A stretch of 64,000 nt of DNA from Clostridia bacterium (GTDB lineage Bacteria > Bacteroidota > Bacteroidia > Bacteroidales > 4484-276). Position numbers and translations under genes: made by a program. The DNA lies in NCBI GenBank assembly GCA_009928785.1, contig SABY01000006.1, forward strand, positions 1,930 to 65,929. The letters are read 5' to 3'. The notes under the pieces are model-generated. The model was not told where the DNA came from. It searched no databases and saw only the letters and a list, made by a program, of their open reading frames with translations. Below, piece by piece: positions 30,340 through 39,054 of the stretch (its first letter is position 1; each line of letters starts with the position of its first letter).

Positions 30340-30670
30340 AATTTGGAAATCTTTTTTCACCCATAGCCGATTTTCACCCAGTGTTTTCACCCAAATGGGT
30401 GAAAACACCCTGTCTGCAATATTCATCCAGCGCATCGATATTTTTATACAGAAAAATATTATCTCCTGCTATCTTGTTGGTTGGTAATATTTTAAATCAC
30501 ATTTCTTTATCAACAATAAGTAACCAAATGGATCGTGGCATTACAATTGACAAGCACCCTTCATTCTGACTGATTAAAACTATTCTGCTTCGCTTCAGTC
30601 ATTTTTTTAAAGGGTATTAGAGTATTATTGTACTGTTTTAATTATTAACATTTAAATCTAATTGTTTATG
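30340..30670 (+). repeat. Copy A of a ~330-nt duplicated upstream leader/promoter segment
   Basis: Aligns along its whole length with 37194-37521. Both copies end at TTGTTTATG, the start codon of unrelated genes. Confidence 0.9.
30371..30408. promoter_or_regulatory. Candidate operator: half-site TTTTCACCCA plus a perfect 13-2-13 palindrome
   Basis: Half-site at 30371-30380. Perfect inverted repeat GTGTTTTCACCCA-AA-TGGGTGAAAACAC at 30381-30408. Confidence 0.6.
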
Positions 30671-33600
30671 AAAAGAGAAATTACGAATCCCAGAACAAAA
30701 GCATCCGAGACCTACCGCAGTGGGTTAGCGATGCTGATCATCATTTTTACATTGTTTTTGTCTCCCTGGCAAAATGTGAAAGCACAATCGTGCTGTCCGG
30801 AGTTTGAGCTAAAGGATGCCGTGGAAATATGTCCGCCTGAGGGCGCCTGCCGCGATTCGCTAGATCCGGCACAAGGAGCTATCGGACTTGCTGCTTGTAA
30901 AGAAAGCGCACATGTTTACACAGTTTACCCAAACGATGGATCTTTTACCTACACCTGGACAGTAGTTGGCGGCACCATTGCAACCAATTCCGGCAATCCC
31001 AAAACGATCCTTTGGGGCACCTCTTCCACCGGAACCATAAAGGTGGTAATTAATACCGGCTTCTGTATCGACTCCATCACACGTCAGGTTTGTTTGATGG
31101 CTGGACCCAAAGCTGCTATCACTGCCGACAGGGACACGGTTTGCACCGACGATCTGGTGTATTTTACCAATCTTTCGTTAGGTGGCAGCACTCACCACTG
31201 GGACTTTGGCGATGGCAATACATCCACCTCGCCTGTAAATCCTATTGGACATGCTTATGCCAGCCCGGGAACTTACACTGTTACGCTCACAACTACCGAC
31301 ATGGGCGCAGGCCAATGGGTATTTGGAAGCGACTTACAATTTGAGTTGCTGGTTCCTTGCGGCTGCTCCGATACCGCCACCCTAACGGTGGTGGTACTTC
31401 CCGGCAAAGGCCCCGAAATTGAGACCGACTGCTGCTTTGGCACCGTTTGCCCGGACGAAACATCCGACTTTTGCGCAGTGGATAGTTGCAGTGTTTACAA
31501 TTGGAGCGTAACGGGAGGAACCATCACTGCCGGCGCCGGCACCAAGTGCATCACTGTACAATGGGATGCCACTTACAGCGTTCCTACCACCGTGAGCCTG
31601 ACCACACCTGGCTGCAGCCTGGCTCCATGTGCCGGCACCACCACGATTAATGTACCTGTGCTTTATCCTAACTTTCCCATCACCGGACCTACGGTACTTT
31701 GCCAATATGCATCGGGTTCGTTTTCGCTCCCAGTACTGCCCGGCACCTATTATAACTGGACTGTAACGGGTGGAAGCTACCAGTTCAATTTGCAGGATCG
31801 GAATACCGCTATAGTGAATATTACGTTTAATGATGCCGCCACCTATCAGGTGAAATGTGTTTACGACAATCCACTCGCAGGCTGCAGCGGCAGCAGCGTA
31901 TTTACGGTAACAGTTTTGCCTGAATTTAAGATTACTTCAGGCGAAGAAACCGTTTGCGAAAGCGATACCTGGACATACTCTGCCAATGGCTCGGCAAATT
32001 GGACGGTAAGTCCCGCCGCCGGTGCCACCATAGCTCCTGCCGGCAGCTTAGCCAATATTACCTGGAACACTCCCGGAACCTATACCATAACGGCAACGCC
32101 CACCAATCCCGCAGCATTTTGCAACAGCGCCGCCTACAAAGTCGTGGATGTGATAGCCAAACCTATCCTCAACAGCATTGTCGGCAACGACAGCATTTGC
32201 CCCGGCGAGAATTACACTTTTAGCATTTCCTCCAACATTTCCGGCAGCCCCTTTGGGTGGACGGTGACGATGGGAACCATCAATATCCTGTCTACTATGG
32301 GTGCCGACAACGATTCGGTGGTGGCCAGCTTCAGTGGCACCGGCCCCTGGCAACTGAGCGTTGATCAGGCGATAGAAATCACACCCGGAAACTTTTGTAC
32401 ATCGCTTTCGAAAGTGATCAATATCTATCCATTCCTGCCACCTGTTATCACCGGGCCGGCTACCGCTTGCGTGGATGATGTGGTAAATTATTCGGCAGGA
32501 GGCTCCAACGCCACGGGTGAGTTTGAGTGGACTATTACGCCTTCGAGCCAGGGAAGCATCATTGCCGGACCAGGCACATCCAATGTTACTATAAAATGGC
32601 ACGGCCCATCGGCATCAGCCGTTCTGAAAGTGGAATCCTGCACCGGCAGCGCCACAAAAACGATAATCATAACGGCGCCTCCCACGGCCATTGCTACCTA
32701 TAGCGTACTACCGGTATTTTGTCTGGACCCCACCAGCACCCAGTCGCTCACACTCTCTACGCCAAACATACCCGGCTATATGTATCAATGGTACAAAAAT
32801 GGCGTAATCATGCCACCAGAAATAGCCGCGACCCTCAACATCAACATCGGCACTTTTAGTTTGCCTGGCACCTATACTTATTATGTAGAAGTATCCATAA
32901 ATGGCTGTACTATTAAAAGCAACATCATTAATGTGGTGATAAAGGATTGTCAGAATGGTGGCTCGGGATACGGAAACTGCGATGTTTCGGCTTATTTCGA
33001 TGCGTACGTTACTTGCACGGGGGTAATCCTTACCAATTTGTCGCAGGCAATTCCGCCGGCTACCTTCACCAGTGCGTGGTCGGCAACAGGGCCAGGACCA
33101 GTTTCATTTTCTCCGGGGCCACCGATAACCATGACAGTTTCGCAATCGGGCATTTACACCATAAAACTTACCGTAACGTCATCGTCAGGATGTGTGGCTA
33201 CCTGGACTCAAAATGTCTCTATTCTTTTGCCCAATGCCGACTTTAGCTTTTCGGCGCCTGCCTGCGACAACGAAGAGGTGAACTTTACAGCAAATCCTTT
33301 GAATCCTGCGTACAATTATTTTTGGGAATTTGGCGACGGATTTACTTCCTATCAGGGCACTACCAGTCATATTTACGGATTGCCGGCTCCAGCTACCTAT
33401 AATGTAAAAGTCACCATCACCGATCCGTACGGATGTATTGCAACCAAAATAAAACCCGTCACCATTAATCCGTCGCCGGTGTGCACTATATCAGTAGCCG
33501 ATACGATGATTTGTCCCGGCAGCGGCGAAACACTTTCTGCCTCCTGCACAGGCATGACATCCTACCAATGGTATAAAAACGGAAATCCTATACCGGGACC

Positions 33601-36600
33601 GGGTGCCAATGCATATCAATACACAGCTACCAGCCAGGGCTATTATTTTGTAAAAATGCAAAACAGTAATGGCTGCTTTGGCAAAAGCAACAAAATTTAC
33701 ATGTACATGCACCCATTGCCTAAAGCAAAAATAGATGGCACCAAACGCACGTGTGCACTCCCCGGCGATGTGGTTGGATTCTCGTTGTGGACGATTAACA
33801 ATTCCAGCTATAGCTACCAATGGAGCTGCAGTTCGCCGGCTACCTTTTCGCCACAAGGATTCTCGTCCACTTATGCAACCATGACTGCTCCTGCAGCAGC
33901 GTTAATGCCTGCTAATTACGAATTTGTTGTAGAAGTTACCGACAACAACACCGGCTGCATTAACTACGATACCCTATGCGTTTCAATTTACGAAGCTCCC
34001 ACGCTTTCGGTGCCCACGCTGAACCTCTGTGAAGGAATACCGGTGACACTATCGCCCACTCCACTGGATACTACCAGGTACAGCTACCAATGGAACAATG
34101 GAGCTACCACGCCGGTGATAACGGTGCAAACGGCAGGTTTTTACAGCCTCACCATTACCGACAAAGCCAATGGCTGCCAGGCTTCCGCCAATGCCGGGCT
34201 GATATTTCCAAAGCCTGACCTGAGTTTGTTCCCGACCGGTTGCGCCTCAATATGCGATCCCGACACGCTGCATCTCTATCTGCCGCTGCCGCTCAATGCA
34301 CAATGGCCTAACAACACCTATCCGATGGCTTATCCATCCATCATCTGGTACGCCGACGGTACTTATATCGGCTCCGGCGAAAACCTGGCATATCCGGCCA
34401 CAGGTTCAGGTTATCACGAAATTTGGGCTGTGGTACAAAACAGCTTTGGATGCATGGATACTACGGCAGTATTTTGCCTAAAAGACGACGTGTGTTGCAA
34501 CATGATTTTCGATTGGCTAAAAACCACGGATGCCTCCTGCCCGCAACTGGCTGATGGCTCCTTTAGTTTCCTGCTCAACATAGCTTCTACAGTAGCTCCG
34601 TTTACGCTTACGCAGATGGCACCTCCGCCGGTGCAGTCGTGGAGTGTTACGCCGGGCGTACCCTTTACCACACCGGGACTTTTGCCGGGATTTTACGTCT
34701 TTCAGCTTTCGGATGCCACAGGCGGATGTACCAAGACTTTTGATATCTTGATCGGAGAGATGCAGGAATCCTGTTGTTTTGCTGCCATCGATTCATCGTT
34801 TATCCATATCACCGCCGATATCACTTACACTGCCGATAAAGTTTGGGATAATAAATATTACATCGATGATGGAGTGATGGTAACCGTGGACGGCGTGGTA
34901 TTGGATGTAACCAATGTGGATGTAGTGTTTGGCGAATGTGCCGGCATACAGTTTATCAACGGAGGCTATCTGCGCAGCAACAACTCGGTGTATCGTCCTT
35001 GCGACATCGACAAGACCTGGAGGGGTTTGCGCTTTTGGAGCCCCGGCAAGTTCGACAACATCATCAACGAATGTACCTTCAAAAATGCCGAAGTAGCGCT
35101 CTATTTCACCAGAAGCTCGGATGGAGTGGTTTCCAACAACCTTTTCTCCAACTGTAACTATGGCGTTCGCGTGGAGAACAACAAAAATTTCAATCATCCC
35201 ATCAGTGGCAACAGATTCGTGACGGAGCAGTTTTTCCCCGACTGGGCCTGCACTACCAAATACTCATTTGTTAATAACTTCAGTACTTATGGGATTTACA
35301 CACTTAACTCTAAATTGCTGGAACAGACCGCACACAATGAGTTTATCAACAGCAAAGGCACGGAGTGGCCACGCACTTATGGTGTGTATCAGATAGGTAG
35401 CGGTGGAGCTTTTTCCGAAAACACCTTTACAGATATTTCCATGGCGTTTTACGTACAGGGACAGAGTTATTACACCAGCATCGAAAACAATGAGATTGAA
35501 GTAAACCTGCAAGTGATGGGCAGCTTTGCCTCGATCTATGCGGTAAGTAATCAGGGACCGGTGATTGAAATTATTAATAACGAACTCCGCAACAACTTTC
35601 ATCAGTACCTGAGCTTCTCGGCTATCTATGCTAACCGGACTAACAATCTGAATATTTACGGCAACACCATCGATGGCTTCTCGTATGGGATCATCAGTCA
35701 GAGTGCTCCCAACTACCAGATCAGCAACAACGAAGTAGAAAATGCTGCTGTTGTGGGGATTTATGTGGCGGAACAGAAAGATAGCAAAGGCTTTATCACA
35801 TGCAACAAAATCAGGATGCGCAATTTGACGTCGAGCATTGGTATTGCTGGTTACACCATGACCAACCGCAGCCAGATCACCAGCAACTGCATCACCGATT
35901 GCAATGTTTCGATTAGTCTGAATGGTTTAATGACAGGTTCCAGTGCCCCCCTGCTTCCGCTGGTGCGCAACAACTTCCTGTATAATTACTATAGCATCGG
36001 AATCAACGTGCAGAATCACTCAGGAAACATTGGCACCTTTGCCAATCCGGGACTTAACACGCTGTGGAGTAATAGAAATACGGCTATCGACATCAACAGC
36101 AACCTGAACATAACCGTAGCCGACAATTTCGGGATGTTCAACATTGCTTTCCCGATGGTACAAATCACCAGCAATCGCCCGTATCATTCTACTGCCTCGT
36201 GTGGTCATCAGATTTTCAATATGCCTTCGCAAGGCAATCTCAATGTGAATTATGTTTGTGAAAATCTGGATGCAACACTTGCTCCTTTGACTCCTGCTGG
36301 CAACGGATTCGTTTTGATGCAGAATTATCAAAGCATCCTTTCCGATGGTTGGAATGATTTTGAAGAGGCTGCCTTGATCCTGGCTTCGGTATCCAATCCT
36401 GACCAGCAATTGCTGGATGAGTTGATAGCAAACACCCCGTTGAGCGATAACCAAAAGCAACTGCTCAGGTATCAATATTATTTGCAAATAGCCAATAGAG
36501 AAGCTGCTGCTGCAAGTCTTAGTAATTTTATTCCGACCGATGAAACCGAAGCCAACTTCAAATTCGTGGCACAAACCCAACTCAGCATCATCGACGACTG

Positions 36601-37036
36601 GAGTGAGGTAACGCCTGAGGTCATAAGCACGCTCGAAGGTATTGTGCAAACCAAAACCACAGTATCCAATGCGGCCATAACCCTGCTTAACAATTTGGCC
36701 GGATATCGTGATCAGTGGGTTGAAGAGCCTGAACTAAAAGCGGTAGAAGCTGCCGGCGAAACCCGTCGCATCGACGACGCCAATAGCTTCCTGCGTATCT
36801 TCCCCAATCCTGTGAAGCATACGGCTTTTGTGGAACTTGTGAACGATACCGAAGCCGAAAGCCAACTGCAACTGTTCGACATCAGCGGACGACTGGTCGA
36901 AAACTACGCGGTAGAAATCGTGGCGGGAGGCATCGAGATAGACATGAGCCGCCTCGACGACGGGATTTACTTTGTAACCCTCACCCGAATGGATAGTGGT
37001 GTGGTGCAGAAAGGTAAAATCCTTAAGATGAAATAA
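30668..37036 (+). CDS. Giant T9SS-sorted surface protein: Cys-bounded Ig/PKD-like modules, two canonical PKD domains, a right-handed beta-helix region and a T9SS C-terminal domain
   Basis: Signal peptide ending NVKAQ. About 6 repeated modules of the form C...Y.W.V.GG.I....I.V.W....C. PKD signatures WDFGDGN and WEFGDGF. YQWYKNG-type Ig modules. Parallel beta-helix repeats (NNLFSNCNYGVRVENN, ISNNEVENAAVVGIYV, VRNNFLYNYYSIGINV). Tail FLRIFPNPVKHTAFVEL...GIYFVTLTRMDSGVVQKGKILK. ATG at 30668 is preferred over TTG at 30662. Confidence 0.85.
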   Translation: MKREITNPRTKASETYRSGLAMLIIIFTLFLSPWQNVKAQSCCPEFELKDAVEICPPEGACRDSLDPAQGAIGLAACKESAHVYTVYPNDGSFTYTWTVVGGTIATNSGNPKTILWGTSSTGTIKVVINTGFCIDSITRQVCLMAGPKAAITADRDTVCTDDLVYFTNLSLGGSTHHWDFGDGNTSTSPVNPIGHAYASPGTYTVTLTTTDMGAGQWVFGSDLQFELLVPCGCSDTATLTVVVLPGKGPEIETDCCFGTVCPDETSDFCAVDSCSVYNWSVTGGTITAGAGTKCITVQWDATYSVPTTVSLTTPGCSLAPCAGTTTINVPVLYPNFPITGPTVLCQYASGSFSLPVLPGTYYNWTVTGGSYQFNLQDRNTAIVNITFNDAATYQVKCVYDNPLAGCSGSSVFTVTVLPEFKITSGEETVCESDTWTYSANGSANWTVSPAAGATIAPAGSLANITWNTPGTYTITATPTNPAAFCNSAAYKVVDVIAKPILNSIVGNDSICPGENYTFSISSNISGSPFGWTVTMGTINILSTMGADNDSVVASFSGTGPWQLSVDQAIEITPGNFCTSLSKVINIYPFLPPVITGPATACVDDVVNYSAGGSNATGEFEWTITPSSQGSIIAGPGTSNVTIKWHGPSASAVLKVESCTGSATKTIIITAPPTAIATYSVLPVFCLDPTSTQSLTLSTPNIPGYMYQWYKNGVIMPPEIAATLNINIGTFSLPGTYTYYVEVSINGCTIKSNIINVVIKDCQNGGSGYGNCDVSAYFDAYVTCTGVILTNLSQAIPPATFTSAWSATGPGPVSFSPGPPITMTVSQSGIYTIKLTVTSSSGCVATWTQNVSILLPNADFSFSAPACDNEEVNFTANPLNPAYNYFWEFGDGFTSYQGTTSHIYGLPAPATYNVKVTITDPYGCIATKIKPVTINPSPVCTISVADTMICPGSGETLSASCTGMTSYQWYKNGNPIPGPGANAYQYTATSQGYYFVKMQNSNGCFGKSNKIYMYMHPLPKAKIDGTKRTCALPGDVVGFSLWTINNSSYSYQWSCSSPATFSPQGFSSTYATMTAPAAALMPANYEFVVEVTDNNTGCINYDTLCVSIYEAPTLSVPTLNLCEGIPVTLSPTPLDTTRYSYQWNNGATTPVITVQTAGFYSLTITDKANGCQASANAGLIFPKPDLSLFPTGCASICDPDTLHLYLPLPLNAQWPNNTYPMAYPSIIWYADGTYIGSGENLAYPATGSGYHEIWAVVQNSFGCMDTTAVFCLKDDVCCNMIFDWLKTTDASCPQLADGSFSFLLNIASTVAPFTLTQMAPPPVQSWSVTPGVPFTTPGLLPGFYVFQLSDATGGCTKTFDILIGEMQESCCFAAIDSSFIHITADITYTADKVWDNKYYIDDGVMVTVDGVVLDVTNVDVVFGECAGIQFINGGYLRSNNSVYRPCDIDKTWRGLRFWSPGKFDNIINECTFKNAEVALYFTRSSDGVVSNNLFSNCNYGVRVENNKNFNHPISGNRFVTEQFFPDWACTTKYSFVNNFSTYGIYTLNSKLLEQTAHNEFINSKGTEWPRTYGVYQIGSGGAFSENTFTDISMAFYVQGQSYYTSIENNEIEVNLQVMGSFASIYAVSNQGPVIEIINNELRNNFHQYLSFSAIYANRTNNLNIYGNTIDGFSYGIISQSAPNYQISNNEVENAAVVGIYVAEQKDSKGFITCNKIRMRNLTSSIGIAGYTMTNRSQITSNCITDCNVSISLNGLMTGSSAPLLPLVRNNFLYNYYSIGINVQNHSGNIGTFANPGLNTLWSNRNTAIDINSNLNITVADNFGMFNIAFPMVQITSNRPYHSTASCGHQIFNMPSQGNLNVNYVCENLDATLAPLTPAGNGFVLMQNYQSILSDGWNDFEEAALILASVSNPDQQLLDELIANTPLSDNQKQLLRYQYYLQIANREAAAASLSNFIPTDETEANFKFVAQTQLSIIDDWSEVTPEVISTLEGIVQTKTTVSNAAITLLNNLAGYRDQWVEEPELKAVEAAGETRRIDDANSFLRIFPNPVKHTAFVELVNDTEAESQLQLFDISGRLVENYAVEIVAGGIEIDMSRLDDGIYFVTLTRMDSGVVQKGKILKMK

Positions 37037-37060
37037 ACCCTTTTCATGAACAAATCCCTG

Positions 37061-37096
37061 AACCGGTGGAGCACTTGCTTCGCCGGTTTTTTTTTG
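37061..37096 (+). terminator. Rho-independent terminator after the giant T9SS gene
   Basis: AACCGGTG (37061-37068) pairs with CGCCGGTT (37081-37088) with one mismatch, followed by T9. Confidence 0.7.
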
Positions 37097-37193
37097 TTGT
37101 AAGTCACACTGTGAATAACCCAGGGCCATTTTGAAAAAAACCTGAACATCTGTTTCATGCTTTCGCAGCATTCACGGTGTGACTGGATTTTAG

Positions 37194-37521
37194 AATTTGG
37201 AAATCTTTTCCATCCCTAGCCGATTTTCACCCAGTGTTTTCACCCATATGGGTGAAAACACCCTGTCTGCAATAATTATCCATCGCATCATTTTTGTGAC
37301 ACAGAAAAATATTATCTCCTGCTATCTTGTTGGATGGTAATATTTTAAATCACATTTCTCGATCAGTTAAGTAACCAAATAGATCGTGGCATTACAATTG
37401 AAAAGCACCCTTCATTCTGACTGATTTAGACTATTCTGCTTCGGCTCAGTCATTTTTTTAAAAGGTGTTTAGGCATTGTTGTACTGTTTTAATTATTAGC
37501 ATTTAAATCTATTTGTTTATG
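37194..37521 (+). repeat. Copy B of the ~330-nt duplicated upstream leader/promoter segment
   Basis: Aligns with 30340-30670 and ends at the ATG of the 513-aa ORF. Confidence 0.9.
37224..37261. promoter_or_regulatory. Candidate operator, copy B
   Basis: Half-site TTTTCACCCA at 37224-37233. Perfect palindrome GTGTTTTCACCCA-TA-TGGGTGAAAACAC at 37234-37261. Confidence 0.6.
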
Positions 37522-39054
37522 AAAATCCCATTTTTTATCGGCCTTTGCCTGAGCCTGCTTCTGGTATTACCAATGTGCGTAAAGTCACAAGTAGTGGTGC
37601 AACTTTATCAGCCTCCACCCAATCAATGGCAAATTGAGGATATTTGGAACTTAACACTTTTCAACACCACCAATCAAACTTTATCTGTGTATTTGCATGG
37701 TACGGTTGAAGAAGATGGGGAGGGGCTTATTTTTGAAGGAACAAGTGCAATTTTCGAATTACCGCCAAATTTTTCAGGACGAGTTAATCCTAGGGATTTA
37801 GAACCCGCAGATGCTGGATATGCCAATGGTGATTATGAAGAATATGTATTACGAACTGGCACAATGCCTGAGGGCACCTACACCTTTTGTGTGGCTGTAT
37901 TCAATTCAATTACTGATTTACAATTAGGGATAGACTGTTACACGCAATTCATTATCCCTTTCACCCCTCCTGAATTAATAAGCCCAGAGTATGAGTCTAT
38001 CGTAATCGAGCCGTTTCCTTTTTTTCTTTGGCTACCTCCTATGCCCTTAAATCCGGCAAATTCTTTCGTGTACCAGCTCAAAGTTGTGGAGCAACTCGAC
38101 GATCAGTTACCGTTTGAAGCCATGGAGGCCAATCCGGCATTCTTTATTCAACAAAACATCCAAAATACTTCGTTTCAACTTCCTGTTTCTGCAAGGCCCT
38201 TTGAGATTGGTAATAAATATGCGTGGCAAGTTACTGCATTCATTGGCATGTACGGTAAAGATGAAATAGGTAAAAGCGAAGTGTGGAGTTTTGAAAAAAT
38301 TGAGGTCATAGAGCCTCCTGATGCAGAATTGCCCGATTGCGATTTGTATTCAATCGAATTCAAGAAAACCATCACAGGCGACAGTTGCTATTATAAACTT
38401 AGCCTTATCAATAACGACTCCCTTGCCAGTGAGGATTTATTGCCTCAATCATTTACCCTGTCCATTAAAAACGACTCCATCAAGGCCTTTGATAAAAAGG
38501 CAGCCATAACCTGGGAACAAGCTCCGTCAAAGATAAACGATCCGCTTGCAAAAATGGATTGGAAATACAAACCAGGGCACATTCCAATTGGTAAAACTTA
38601 CATTGGTAAAGTCTTTTTGCAGGGAGAACCTGAAAATATTTTTCGGATCATCTATTCATGGAATGATAAGAAGGGAAAAACCATCTGTAAGGACTCAATC
38701 GCATTTAATGAACCCATTAGTTACTATGATTTAAGCAATCAACCTACGCAAGGTTATATCGGGATTTATGATGAAAAGCTGAACATCCGCTTCATCAATA
38801 ATTACGCACCATCAAAAGTAATCTACATTGGGATTTTTGACGCGCTCACCATGGAGTTGGCCGGAAGCCTCACAAGTGAAGATTTATTGGAAAACAACCC
38901 ATACTTTTTTGTAGGCCATGGGCTAAATCAACTTTCAATAAATCTTGAAGGTTTTTCTTTGCAGGAAGATACGCCCTACCTGCTAACACTTTATGACATT
39001 AAAAACTATCATTACCTAAAATTTAAAGCCCTTTTCAATCATGAAGAAAATTAA
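37519..39054 (+). CDS. Secreted hypothetical protein, first gene of the RHS operon
   Basis: Signal peptide MKIPFFIGLCLSLLLVLPMCVKSQ. No motif recognised. Its stop overlaps the next ATG by 14 nt. Confidence 0.7.
   Translation: MKIPFFIGLCLSLLLVLPMCVKSQVVVQLYQPPPNQWQIEDIWNLTLFNTTNQTLSVYLHGTVEEDGEGLIFEGTSAIFELPPNFSGRVNPRDLEPADAGYANGDYEEYVLRTGTMPEGTYTFCVAVFNSITDLQLGIDCYTQFIIPFTPPELISPEYESIVIEPFPFFLWLPPMPLNPANSFVYQLKVVEQLDDQLPFEAMEANPAFFIQQNIQNTSFQLPVSARPFEIGNKYAWQVTAFIGMYGKDEIGKSEVWSFEKIEVIEPPDAELPDCDLYSIEFKKTITGDSCYYKLSLINNDSLASEDLLPQSFTLSIKNDSIKAFDKKAAITWEQAPSKINDPLAKMDWKYKPGHIPIGKTYIGKVFLQGEPENIFRIIYSWNDKKGKTICKDSIAFNEPISYYDLSNQPTQGYIGIYDEKLNIRFINNYAPSKVIYIGIFDALTMELAGSLTSEDLLENNPYFFVGHGLNQLSINLEGFSLQEDTPYLLTLYDIKNYHYLKFKALFNHEEN

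Noticed and set aside
30231-30569. 112-aa plus-strand ORF upstream of the giant T9SS gene.
   Set aside because: It spans REP-like palindromes and the duplicated leader including the operator palindrome. The paralogous leader copy B does not keep the frame open, so it is non-coding.
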